Shown piece by piece: positions 1 through 11,255 of a DNA stretch of 64,000 bases. Each line of letters opens with the position of its first letter. Within the stretch, counting starts at the first letter, position 1. The notes beneath the pieces were generated by a model. That model saw nothing but the letters and a program-made list of their open reading frames with translations, was not told the origin of the DNA and made no database searches. Origin of the DNA: Mustelus asterias (taxonomy: Eukaryota); the NCBI RefSeq assembly GCF_964213995.1, contig NC_135806.1, positions 53,382,001-53,446,000 on the forward strand, written 5' to 3'. A program made the position numbers and the translations under genes.

Positions 1-462
1 ATGCCTTTTTCAAAACAAAGAAGAAAAGCCATTGTTAGAGGTTGAGAGACCCTAATGGAATCCAATCATGAAAATTCTTTCAACCTTACTGGTTAAGTGC
101 TGATGACAATGACAAGATATTCATAAACACCTTGGGCTACAAAATACACAGACACCCTTGCTAGCTATTGTTTTGGGAGAAGTGAGCAGGGTGTGGTGGT
201 GTAAAAACCAGGTCAAAACATTGATTAGATGGGTGCACATTTTTGGGAATAAATCAAAATTTATTTTCTACATATCTGGTCTAGATTATCTCACACCATT
301 CCATTACAGAAAACTGGAAAACGTTTTACTTTCCAAACCTTTCCTCTGGTAAAAAATGTTGATCTCATTAGTACAAAAGATGACTGAATTGATACAAAAT
401 CAATATCATACATTTCTACAACTTATAATTTTACTTCAAATCAGCATTTTTTAAAAGGTCAA

Positions 463-737
463 CCACAGCAGAACACAAAATTTCCACGATACCAAGTTCA
501 TGGACCAGTTTTAACCAGTATTTTACTGACCCAATGTAGAAAGGTATGCTCATTCTTAACTAGACGGCAAGTATATTTGAGCGCAACAATTATGCAGACA
601 GGTAACTACCCTTCTTAACGCAGTGGCTTCTGAAAACTTGGGTTAAAATATTCAATTAATTTGAAGTTATTAACTTCAGATACAAGATCGTCAGGGCTTC
701 ATGTATTTTAAATATATATAAATAAATATATTTCAGC
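463..737. repeat. Inverted-duplication arm A (partner at 6447-6728)
   Basis: ccacagcagaacac...atatttcagc is the reverse complement of 6447-6728, with scattered substitutions and indels. Confidence 0.9.
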
Positions 738-768
738 TTAGGGTTATGACTGTCAGTTGTTAATCCAG

Positions 769-944
769 TTAAAGTCCAACAAGTTTATTTGGAATCACGA
801 ACTTTTGGAGTGCTACTCCACTCACCTGATGAAGGGGCAGCGCTCTGAAGGCTCATGATTCCAAATAACCCTGTTGTACTTTAACCTGGTGTTGAGACTT
901 CTTACTGTGCCCACCCCAGTCCAATGCTGGCATCTCCATCCACA
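769..944 (+). mobile_element. Penelope-like pLTR fragment, family 1, with inverted 5' part and degenerate hammerhead
   Basis: CTGATGA-A-ggggc-agc-gctct-GAAG core at 826-850. Flanked by tcagttg(t/g)taatccag direct repeats at 753-768 and 945-960. Confidence 0.8.
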
Positions 945-1481
945 TCAGTTGGTAATCCAGCATGGTTAGCATGCCTGAACAGCTCTACTGGAAACAGGAA
1001 AGAGCCTATAGTTCGCGTGGACAAGAGGTGCTTGGGAGTGGTTAGTACAGAATGGTTGTAATGCATTGCTAACAGAGCACAAAGTCTGGACTTTAGTGCA
1101 AGGGGGAATTTAGGAGCGTAGAGGGAGAAAATGCTGCTTTTTGCCTCCCATGCCTGCAGTGATTCATGCACAAATGAATGTACCTGTAATTTAAACTTAA
1201 ATCTATTTATAATAAAAGGCCAAAGTTGATTAAACATATACAGTCAGTCCCCATTTTAAGTTGCCTCAAAGTAATTTCACTTTAGTGTCATGGATTTAAT
1301 AGAGCCAGTAAATACACAACATAAAGCTGTTTGCTTTAGCATCGATGTGCACCAGCACTGATGGGCTTGTGTGACCCCGATCAGTGTCCATTTTTTAGCA
1401 GCCTCTCCTGTTCCCAGAAACAGTCACTCCCCAATTCTCTACCAGACTCTCCTTTTCACCACCCCTCTCCTGAGGCCTGGC

Positions 1482-2437
1482 TCCCGGAAGTCCATATCTG
1501 TGCCAGATGTGTGGAACTGCATCTCCTGAAGGATCGTGTAAGGGAGCTGGAGCTGAGGCTCGATGAACTCAGTTTAGTTAGGGAAAATGAGAGAGTCATA
1601 GATAAAAGTTATAGTCAGGTAGTGACACCAGGGTCTCGGAAGGAAGACACGTGGGTCACGGTTAGGAGGGGTAATAGTCAGAAGGGTGATGTGCCAGAAA
1701 GCACCCCAGTGGCAGTCTCCCATAAGAGAAAGGGATGGGCAACAGATGGGAGAAGGGAAGGGAGTGAGCAGTCTGTGGAGGGATCCCCTGTGGTTGTCCC
1801 CCTCCACAATAGGTATATTGTTTTGGATTCTGTGGAGGGGGATGACCCTCCAGGGGTAAGCCACGAGGACCAGATCGCCTCCACGGAGACAGGCTCAGGG
1901 GTCCGGAAGGGAAAGAAGGGGTTTAGGAGAGCGATAGTTGTGGGGGACGCAATAGTTAGAGGCACGGACAGGCGCTTCTGTGGGACTGAACGAGAATCCA
2001 GGATGGTAGTCTGCCTCCCTGGTGCCGGGGTACTGGATGTCTCCGAGGGGGTAGGAAGCATATTTAAAAAGGAAGGTAGTCAAACGGATGTGATTGTACA
2101 CATTGGGGGAAATGATGTAGGTAGGAAGAGCAGGGGGGTCATACGAGAGAAATTCAGGGAGTTGGGTGCTAGGCTAAAAAGTAAGACCTCCAGTGTAGCA
2201 ATCTCTGGACTGCTCCCGGTGCCTAGTGCAAGTGAGGCTCGGAACAGGGAGATTCTACAGTTGAACGCGTGGCTAAAGGACTGGTGCAAGAGGGAGGGTT
2301 TTAAATTCATAGATAACTGGGAAATCTTCAAGTCAGGATGGCAACTGTACAGAAAGGATGGGTTACACCTTAACTGGAAGGGAGCAAATATCCTGGCTGG
2401 GAGTTTTGCTCGAGTGTTTCGGCAGGATTTAAACTAG
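1482..2437 (+). CDS. CR1 ORF1: CxxC/leucine zipper plus SGNH esterase-like domain
   Basis: ICARC..LELRLDEL coiled coil; SGNH blocks GDAIVRG, HIGGND and DGLH. The ORF-track N-terminus (1361-1481) is probably flanking DNA. Confidence 0.85.
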
Positions 2438-5355
2438 TGTGGCAGGGGGGTGGGGAACAAAACAGGAGGTCAGAAAATACTGAGGCTGGGGTCGAGCTGG
2501 GGGCCAGGGCAAGGCTAGCTAAGAAGAGGAGCACTCTGGAGGAGGAGGACCTGACTGGGCCTGGAGGTCTGGAGTGCATCTGCTTCAATGCGAGGAGTGT
2601 AACGGGTAAAACAGACGAACTTAGGGCCTTAATGCTTGTGCGGAATTTGGATGTGGTTGCGGTGACGGAAACTTGGTTAAAAGGACAGGACTGGCAGCTG
2701 AATATTCCGGGGTATCAGTGTTTTAGGCGAGACAGAGGAGGGGCTAAAAAAGGTGGGGGAGTAGCGATATTAGTTAAGGAGCATATTACCGCGGTGCAGA
2801 GGGTAGACAACTTAGAGGGGTCATGTACTGAGTCGCTGTGGGTGGAACTCAGAAACAGGAAGGGTGCAGTCACTATGCTGGGGGTGTACTACAGGCCACC
2901 CAACAGCCCACGGGAAGTGGAGGAAAGGATATGTCAGGAGATTCTGGATAGGTGCAGAAAAAATAGGGTTGTTGTAGTGGGGGACTTTAATTTCCCTGGC
3001 ACAGACTGGAAAGTGCTTAGAGCTGGGGGACCGGACGGGGAGGAATTTGTAAAATGCGTACTGGAAGGTTCTTTGGAACAGTATGTAGATAGCCCGACTA
3101 GAGAGGGGGCTATACTGGACCTAGTTCTGGGAAATGAGCCCGGTCAGGTCGTCAAAGTTTCGGTAGGGGAACATGTGGCAAATAGTGACCACAACTCTGT
3201 TAACTTTAGGATAGTAATGGACAAGGATGAGTGCTGTCCTACGGGCAGGGTGCTAAATTGGGGGAAGGCTGACTATAGCCGGATTAGGCAGGAATTGGTG
3301 GATGTTGATTGGGAGAGGATGTTCGAGGGTAAGTCCGCGTCTGGCATGTGGGAGTCTTTTAAGGAACTATTGATAAGGCTGCAGGATAGGCATGTGCCTG
3401 TAAAAAGGAAAGATAGGAAAGGTAGGATTCGAGAGCCGTGGATAACCAGGGAAATTGAGGATCTGATTAAAATGAAAAGGGAGGCGTACGTTAAGTCCAG
3501 GCAACTGAAAACAGATGGAGCTCTGGAGGAATACAGAGAGAGTAGGAAAGATCTCAAACGGGGAGTTAGAAGGGCAAAAAGAGGGCACGAGATGTTCTTG
3601 GCAGGCAGGATTAAGGAGAATCCTAAGGCATTCTATTCATACGTTAGGAACAAAAGAGTTGTCAGGGAGAAAATCGGACCTCTCAGGGACAAAGGAGGGG
3701 AATTATGCTTAGAACCCAAGGGAATAGGGGAGATCCTAAATGAATACTTTGCATCGGTATTCACGAAGGAGAGGGGCGTGTTAACCGGGAGTGTCTCGGA
3801 GGGAGGTGTTGACCCGTTAGAGAAAATCTCCATTACGAGAGAGGAAGTGTTAGGTTTTTTAGGGAACATTAAAACTGACAAAGCCCCAGGGCCTGATGGC
3901 ATCTATCCTCGACTGCTCAGGGAGACGAGAGAGGAAATTGCTGGGCCTCTGACGGAAATCTTTGTCGCTTCTTTGGACACGGGTGAGGTCCCTGAGGATT
4001 GGAGGATAGCGAATGTGGTCCCGTTGTTTAAGGAGGGTAGCAGGGATAACCCAGGAAATTATAGGCCGGTGAGCTTGACGTCCGTGGTAGGGAAGTTGTT
4101 GGAGAGGATTCTTAGAGACAGGATGTATGTGCATTTAGAACGGAACAATCTCATTAGTGACAGACAGCATGGTTTTGTAAGAGGGAGGTCGTGCCTTACA
4201 AATTTGGTGGAGTTGTTTGAGGAAGTGACAAAAACGGTTGATGAAGGAAGGGTCGTGGATGTCGTCTATATGGATTTCAGTAAGGCATTTGACAAAGTCC
4301 CACATGGCAGGTTGGTTAAGAAGGTTAAGGCTCATGGGATACAAGAAGTGGCTCGATGGGTGGAGAACTGGCTTGGCCATAGGAGACAGAGGGTAGTGGT
4401 CGAAGGGTCTTTTTCCGGCTGGAGGTCTGTGACCAGTGGTGTTCCGCAGGGCTCTGTACTGGGACCTCTGCTATTTGTGATATATATAAATGATTTGGAA
4501 GAAGGTGTAACTGGTGTAATCAGCAAGTTTGCGGATGACACAAAGATGGCTGGAATTGCGGATAGCGAAGAGCATTGTCGGGCAATACAGCAGGATATAG
4601 ATAGGCTGGAAAATTGGGCGAAGAGGTGGCAGATGGAATTTAATCCGGATAAATGCGAAGTGATGCATTTTGGAAGAAATAATGTAGGGAGGAGTTATGC
4701 AATAAATGGCAGAGTCATCAGGAGTATAGAAACACAGAGGGACCTAGGTGTGCAAGTCCACAAATCCTTGAAGGTGGCAACACAAGTGGAGAAGGTGGTG
4801 AAGAAGGCATATGGTATGCTTGCCTTTATAGGACGGGGTGTAGAGTATAAAAGCTGGAGTCTGATGATGCAGCTGTATAGAACGCCGGTTAGGCCGCATT
4901 TGGAGTACTGCGTCCAGTTCTGGTCGCCGCACTACCAGAAGGACGTGGAGGCATTGGAGAGAGTGCAGAGAAGGTTTACCAGGATGTTGCCTGGTATGGA
5001 GGGTCTTAGCTATGAGGAGAGATTGGGTAGACTGGGGTTGTTCTCCTTGGAAAGACGGAGAATGAGGGGAGATCTGATAGAGGTGTACAAGATTATGAAG
5101 GGTATAGATAGGGTGAACAGTGGGAAGCTTTTTCCCAGGTCGGAGGTGACGATCACGAGGGGTCACGGGCTCAAGCTGAGAGGGGCGAAGTATAACTCAG
5201 ACATCAGAGGGACGTTTTTTACACAGAGGGTGGTGGGGGCCTGGAATGCGCTGCCAAGTAAGGTGGTGGAGGCAGGCACGCTGACATCGTTTAAGACTTA
5301 CCTGGATAGTCACATGAGCAGCCTGGGAATGGAGGGATACAAACGATTGGTCTAG
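2437..5355 (+). CDS. CR1 ORF2: APE endonuclease plus reverse transcriptase (972 aa open)
   Basis: CFNARS, ETW, GDFN and SDH endonuclease motifs; NYRPVSL, DFSKAFD, GVPQGSVLGP and FADD RT motifs. Confidence 0.95.
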   Translation: MWQGGGEQNRRSENTEAGVELGARARLAKKRSTLEEEDLTGPGGLECICFNARSVTGKTDELRALMLVRNLDVVAVTETWLKGQDWQLNIPGYQCFRRDRGGAKKGGGVAILVKEHITAVQRVDNLEGSCTESLWVELRNRKGAVTMLGVYYRPPNSPREVEERICQEILDRCRKNRVVVVGDFNFPGTDWKVLRAGGPDGEEFVKCVLEGSLEQYVDSPTREGAILDLVLGNEPGQVVKVSVGEHVANSDHNSVNFRIVMDKDECCPTGRVLNWGKADYSRIRQELVDVDWERMFEGKSASGMWESFKELLIRLQDRHVPVKRKDRKGRIREPWITREIEDLIKMKREAYVKSRQLKTDGALEEYRESRKDLKRGVRRAKRGHEMFLAGRIKENPKAFYSYVRNKRVVREKIGPLRDKGGELCLEPKGIGEILNEYFASVFTKERGVLTGSVSEGGVDPLEKISITREEVLGFLGNIKTDKAPGPDGIYPRLLRETREEIAGPLTEIFVASLDTGEVPEDWRIANVVPLFKEGSRDNPGNYRPVSLTSVVGKLLERILRDRMYVHLERNNLISDRQHGFVRGRSCLTNLVELFEEVTKTVDEGRVVDVVYMDFSKAFDKVPHGRLVKKVKAHGIQEVARWVENWLGHRRQRVVVEGSFSGWRSVTSGVPQGSVLGPLLFVIYINDLEEGVTGVISKFADDTKMAGIADSEEHCRAIQQDIDRLENWAKRWQMEFNPDKCEVMHFGRNNVGRSYAINGRVIRSIETQRDLGVQVHKSLKVATQVEKVVKKAYGMLAFIGRGVEYKSWSLMMQLYRTPVRPHLEYCVQFWSPHYQKDVEALERVQRRFTRMLPGMEGLSYEERLGRLGLFSLERRRMRGDLIEVYKIMKGIDRVNSGKLFPRSEVTITRGHGLKLRGAKYNSDIRGTFFTQRVVGAWNALPSKVVEAGTLTSFKTYLDSHMSSLGMEGYKRLV

Positions 5356-5522
5356 TTGGACCAAGGAGCGGCACAGGCTTGGAGGGCCGAAGGGCCTGTT
5401 TCCTGTGCTGTGCTGTACTGTTCTTTGTTCTTTGAGTGTCCGAGGAGGAAAGTAGTATATACAAGGGAGTTGGGCAAGGGAATGGCGGGGGGGGGGGGGG
5501 GGGGGGGGGGGGGAGGGGGGGG

Positions 5523-6373
5523 AGTTTTCAATTACCAAGATAGGAATTTACCAGTGCAAAGTATTTCAACCTACACACAAGGTATTTTTTTCTAATCAGG
5601 AAGGTCCTATAGAACCAAATTGTAGCTTTTATACTGGTTTTAATAGGAAAGGGAGATTCACTTAAAATCGTTTCACTTAAAAGTTGACATTTTCAGGAGT
5701 ACAACTATATCTGAGTGAGGACTTACTGTTGACTGACAAATCAGTAAATGGGGATGGCAGTGGGGGGGGGGGGGGGGGGGGTGGTGACAACACAACTGGA
5801 GTAGGCGAGAGGTTGTAGTTAAGAGTGTGATCTCAGACAAGCACATCTTCAGACAGTGTCTGCATCTCAAAGAACTTCAGCTCAGAGTCATCGGGCCAGA
5901 GTCAAAGGTGCAATGTTTCATGATGAACAAGGGGGAAGAGCTACCTGGACAGCAATTCCAGGATGCAGTCATATGCAAATTAATGCTGCCAATCTGGTTA
6001 TTTGTCCATGACCAAGTCAGGAAGGTAAGGGAGCCCCAAGTTGCAGTGCTGGAGGAGGCTTTGTTTTTGCCTTGCGCTTGTCTGAGATCACAAGGCCAAC
6101 GACAACCTCTCGCCTACTACAGTTGTGTTGTCACTACCCCACCCACTATCTACTGATTTGTTAGTCAACAGTAAGTCCTCACTCAGTTGTAGTTATGCTC
6201 CTGAAAACGTCAGCTTTTAAGTGAAATGATTTTAAGTGAATCTCCCTTCCTATTAAAACCAGTATAAAAGCTGCAATTTGGTTCTGTAGGATCTTCTTGA
6301 TCAGAAAAAAATACCTTGTGTGAAGGTTGAAATACTTTGCAATGCTAAATTCCCATCTTAGTAATTGAAAACT
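5523..6373. repeat. Large imperfect inverted repeat: arms 5523-5842 and 6076-6373, spacer about 230 bp
   Basis: The arms are reverse complements, e.g. tgtgatctcagacaagc/gcttgtctgagatcaca and gaggacttactgttgact/agtcaacagtaagtcctc. Confidence 0.9.
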
Positions 6374-6446
6374 TCTTAAATTAAAATGTAAATAAAATGT
6401 TGTATGCTAGCTCATACTACTTGCCCTTTCACATGCTGAAAGGGGT

Positions 6447-6728
6447 GCTGAAATATATTTATTTAAATATATATATTTAAAATACATGAAGCCCTGATGA
6501 TCTTGTATCTAAAGTTCATAACTTCAAATTAATTGTGAATATTTTAACCCAAGTTTTCAGAAGCCATTGTTAAGAAGGGTGACTTTTTCTGTCTACATAA
6601 TTGTTGCACTCAAGTATACTTGCCACCTAGTTAAGAATGAGCATACCCTTTCTACACTGAGTCAGTAAACCAGTGGTTGAAACTGGTCCATGAACTTGGT
6701 ATCATGGAAATTGTGTGTTCTGCTGTGG
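6447..6728. repeat. Inverted-duplication arm A' (partner at 463-737)
   Basis: Reverse complement of 463-737. Confidence 0.9.
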
Positions 6729-6929
6729 AAAGTAGCAAGCACAATGGAATTGAGCAAGGGAATGGCGAGGGGGGAGGGTGGGCGGATTAGGCAGGGAAAT
6801 GACAAGCGGGTGGTGGGGGATTCAGCATGTGGAAGAGGGGTGGCAAGTAGTACGAGTTAGCACACAACATTTTATTTAAATTTTAATTCAAAAAGTTTTC
6901 AATTACCAAGATAGGAGTTTAGCAGTCAA

Positions 6930-9400
6930 CAAGACAGACTTACTTATTGGAGGAAGTCAATGTCTACAGGGTTGATGAAGCTGACAGTGACAGTGGTGCA
7001 GGAACCATTCAAGTTGAGGGAACAAAAAAGGATGTGATAATGCTACAGTATAGTATAATAAGGGAAATACAGTTCCCTGCAACAGGGACCAAGAGTCCTG
7101 AAGGTCGTGTTGCCCACCAAGAGTCAGGGTTAAAACATTTCCTCGCACCTAGAGAACAACCTGGCAGTAAGAGGGGGAGGATCCAACTGTCATAGTCCAT
7201 GTCAGAGACAAAAGCAGGTCGGCTTAACAATGAGGTTGAGATGAGGAATTTGAGGAGCAAGGCTCTAAATTAGTAAACAGCAACTGAAAAGGAAATAATC
7301 TCTGGAGTACTGACTGAGCAACATACAAAATGGCACAGGGTTAAACAAATCAGAAGGTGTGTGTTCAATGTTTGGTCCCAAAAGTGGGGTGGGAGACAGG
7401 GGTTTGAGTCTCTAGCACCAGGACTTGGGACAGGGGCTCCACTTAAACCAGGCTGGGCAGTGCCCTGGCAAATCAAAGAGTGTTTGATTTGATTTATTGT
7501 TACATGTATTAGCATACGCTGAAAAGTATTGTTTCGTGCGCACTATACAGACAAAGCATGCCATTCATCGAGAAGGAAATGAGAGAGTACAGAATGTGGA
7601 GTTACAATTAGATCTAGGGTGTAGAGAAAGATCAACTTAATGCAAAGGAAGTCCATTCAAAAGTCTGACAGCAGCAGGGAAGAAGCTGTTCTTGAGTCGG
7701 TTGGCACGTGACCTCAGATTTTTCTATATTTTTCCCGACAGAAGGTAGAAGAGAGAATGTCCGGGGTGCGTAGGGTCCTTAATTATGCTGGCTGCTTTGA
7801 CGAGGCAGCGGGAAGTGTAGACAGAATCAATGATGGGAGGCTGGTTTGTGTGATGGATTGGGCTACATTCACAACCTTTTGTAGTTTCTTGCGGTCTTGG
7901 GCAGAGCAGGAGCCATATCAAGCTGTGATCCAGCTAGAAAGAATGCTTTCTATGGTGCATCTGTGAAAGTTGGTGAGAGTCATAGTGGACATGCCAAATG
8001 TCCTTAGTCTTCTGAGAAAGTAGAGGAGTTGGTGAGCTTTCTTAAGTAGTGTCAGCATGGAGGAGGACCAGGACAGGTTGTTGGCAATCTGGACACCTAA
8101 AAACCTGAAGCTCTCGACCTTTCTACTTCGTCCCCACTGATGTAGACAGGGGCATGTTCTCCTCTACACTTCCTGAAGTCAATGACAATCTCCTTCATTT
8201 TGGTGACATTGAGGGAGAGATTATTGTTGCCACACCAGTTCACCAGATTCTCTCTCTCATTCCTGTACTCTGTCTTGTCATTGTTTGAGGATCGATCCGA
8301 CCCACTATGTTGGCATTGTCAGCAAACTTGAAAAGCGGGTTGGAGGGGAATTTGGCCACATAGTCATAGGTGTAAAAGGAGTATAGTAGGGGGCTGAGAA
8401 CACAACCTTGTGGGGCACCGGTGTCGAGGATGATCGTGGTGTTGTTGTTGCCTATCCTTACTGATTGTGGTCTGTGGGTTAGGAAGTTCAGGATCCAGTC
8501 GCAGAGGGAGGAGCCGAGGCCCAGGCCACGGAGTTTGGAGAGGAGTTTCGTGGGAATAATGATGTTGAAGGCTGAGCTATAGTCAATAAATAGGAGTCTG
8601 ACATAGGTGTCATTGTTATCTAGATGTTTCAGGGTTGAGTGCAGGGCCAGAGAGATGGTGTCTGCTGTGGACCTGTTGCGGCGGTAGGCGAACTGTGGTG
8701 GGTCCAGGCAGTCCGGGAGGCTGGAATTGATTCGTGCCATGACTAACCTTTCGAAACACTTCATAATGTGGGATGTGGAAAGAGCTTCAAGCTAAAAGAG
8801 GGAGCTGTGCAAGAATCAATCCAAGGCTACATAGAGATGAGAATGTGATAGGAAGGAAACTAGTTTCCAATGGTAATAACGTGTCTGTAACCAAGGTCAA
8901 ATCTGGGGGAACTGGTAAATGCATAAAAGCATTCATAACCAGGACAATAAATTCATGGAGATAGATAGGTGTGATGTGATCGCAGCCATACAACAGTGTA
9001 GTTCCATGGTGGTCATGGTTAGAAGCTAAATATTGCAGGATCGTTGATGTTTGAAAAGAGACAAAATGGAATATTAGCAGGGTTAGCCCTGATTACGAAA
9101 GGGAAAAGGATGGATTGTAACAGAGAAGACCTAGAAGCAGAGTCAGAATGGGTGGAGACAAGAATTAACAGGGACAAAACTAAGGAGTTTGTAACAAACA
9201 GCTTGTAACAATAATCTTGGGAGGGACTTTAATCTTCAGATAAAATAGCCTGAAGGATGATTCTATGAAATGCAATCGGGGGATATGGAGAAAGGATGTA
9301 AAGTGACTTTCAGGTAAAGAATCAGCCATGATCGTATTACATGGTGAAGGAAACTCGAGGGGTCAAAAGAACTACTTCTGCTCCTGCTTCTATTTTCTTA
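6930..9400 (+). mobile_element. Old, degraded CR1 remnant split by the Rex1/Babar insertion
   Basis: Esterase-like remnants near 7050-7300, APE-like remnants at 8900-9240, and a CR1-type tail near 9320-9395. Confidence 0.5.
7483..8768 (-). mobile_element. Rex1/Babar-clade LINE, 5'-truncated
   Basis: [46 protein letters not shown]; caataaatcaaatcaaa tail. Confidence 0.85.
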
Positions 9401-9690
9401 TAGGAATGGTTATAATATAAAAGAGAGGCTGTTCGACCCATTGCGTCTCGACCAGTTCCCTGCACGAGCAACTCAGCGAGTCGCATTGCCCTGTAAATTT
9501 TCTCTCTTCAGCTAATTATCCAATTCCCTTTCAAAAGCCACAATCGACTCAGTCTGCACCACACTTCAGGCAATGCATTCGGGATGCTAACCACACACTA
9601 AGGAAGTTTTTTTCTCCTCATCTTGCTTTTGGTTCTTTTGCCATTCAGTTTAAATCAGTGTCCTCTGATTCTCAATGGTCAATATCCACT

Positions 9691-9727
9691 CCATCTGACG
9701 AAGGGGCAGCGCTCTGAAAGCTAATGG
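9691..9727 (+). ncRNA. Minimal type I hammerhead ribozyme in a Penelope pLTR fragment (about 9685-9818)
   Basis: CCAT-CTGACGA-A-GGGGC-agc-GCTCT-GAAA-GC-TA-ATGG; stem I CCAT/ATGG is fully paired. Confidence 0.75.
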
Positions 9728-9954
9728 CATTTGCTACCAAATAAACCTATTGGACTTTAACCTGGTGTTAAAACTCTTACTGTGTTTACCCCCATCCAAC
9801 GCCGGCATCTCCACATCATCTCAACACTGCTGCCAATGGGCATAGTTTCTCACTCTCTCTAAACCCCTCAGGATTTTTTGAGCACCTCTTTCAAATCCCC
9901 TCTTCTCTGGTGAGAACAACCCCTTGTTTCATCAATCTATCCACATTAAGAAAT

Positions 9955-10435
9955 CCCACCAACTCCTCCACTTTCTCAGGCGGGCAAGGAAATTCGGCAT
10001 GTCCACTATGACCCTCACCAATTTTACAGATGCACCATAGAAAGCAACCAAGACTGCAAGAAACTACCAAGGATTGTGAATGAAGCCCAGCCCATCAGGC
10101 AAACCAACCGCCCATCCATCGACTCAGTGTACACTTGCCACAGCCTTGGAAAAGCAGCCGGTGTAATCAACGACCCCACACAACCCAGACACACACCTTT
10201 CACTGGGAAAAAGATACAAAAGTCCGAGATCACACACCAACCGATTCAAGAACAGCTTCTTCCCTGCTGCCAGACTTTTGAATGGACTCACCTTATATGG
10301 ATCTTTCTCTACATCCTAGCTCTGCAACACGACATTCTGCACCCTCTCCTCTCCTTCTCCTCATGTACTCTATGAACATTATGTTTTGTCTGCATAGTGC
10401 ACAAGAAACATGCGACAATAATAAACCAAATTAAA
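9955..10435 (+). mobile_element. Rex1/Babar 3' fragment
   Basis: Similar to 20690-21250 (NEAQ..PSIDSVYT) with the same gacaataataaa tail. Confidence 0.75.
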
Positions 10436-10824
10436 CATAACTAAAATTCCTCATCCCTGGGGTTATACTGGTAAATCTTTTCCACAACCTTGCTTATGCA
10501 ATCCTTCATGGCTTCCTCCTCCCAAGTGCAGCCAAATATACTTAGAAGTGTAAGCTGACGTGCTACATTACTGGCATCCCAATTGTGGACCATGTTATTT
10601 CAGTTAGCCAGAATTGAAGGACTCTTGGCATTCAATCTTAGCATCTCGTCACGCCTGCCATATATTATGCAGTTAAAAGACTTGGAATCAATGACACTTT
10701 CATGAGCAGATTGAGCGCTGCTTTTAATCTGCATCTCTTCACCCTACCTTGCAACTCATCTCGTGCCCTTCAATCCTCATGTCATGCGTATAATAAGCTT
10801 CTCTATGAGAATTACTGGATGCAA

Positions 10825-11255
10825 TGCAGTGTGGCTCAGTTGACAGCACACTGGCTTCCAAGTCAGAAGGATGTCGATCAAGTCTCACTCCAGGATTTGA
10901 TCACAAAAATTAAGACCATCACACCAGTGTAACACTGAGGGAGTGCTGTACCCTTAGAGATTCCTTATTTCAAATGAGATTAAATCAAGTCCCTGACTAC
11001 CCTCTCGGGTTGATATAAAAACATCCCACAGCATTCTTTTTGAAGAGCAAAGGAGTTGTCCCCAGTGACCTGGTGAATATTTACCTCTTAATTCAACATC
11101 ACAATAACAGATTATCTGGTCACTGTTACACTGTAGGAGTTTTCTGCCACAAATCAGCTGCAATGTTTCCTAAAGTGGCTGCAGTTCAAAAGAACTTCTT
11201 TTGTACCTGGATACCAGGTGGTTGTAGAAGGTGCTATATAAATGCAAATCTCTTT
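10825..11255 (+). mobile_element. DeuSINE (SacSINE1/AmnSINE-type), degraded
   Basis: tRNA-like head, Deu-domain-like atcccacagcatt..gaagagcaaaggagttgtcccc..aatattta, and an L2-type tail ggtgctatataaatgcaa. Confidence 0.65.

Larger units (their letters stand above)
1482..5433 (+). mobile_element. CR1 LINE, near full length and young (slightly 5'-truncated)
   Basis: Esterase ORF1, intact APE-RT ORF2, and a CR1 3' UTR (gggccgaagggcctgtttcctgtgctg) ending in ttctttg repeats. Confidence 0.95.

Noticed and set aside
1361-1481. N-terminal 40 aa of the 358-aa ORF as part of CR1 ORF1
   Set aside because: Pyrimidine-rich, lacks the expected first CxxC, and looks like flanking DNA fused in frame to a 5'-truncated element.
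5487-5522. Poly-G tract as a stand-alone functional element
   Set aside because: Homopolymer length is unreliable in assemblies; noted only as a possible breakpoint of the inverted duplication.
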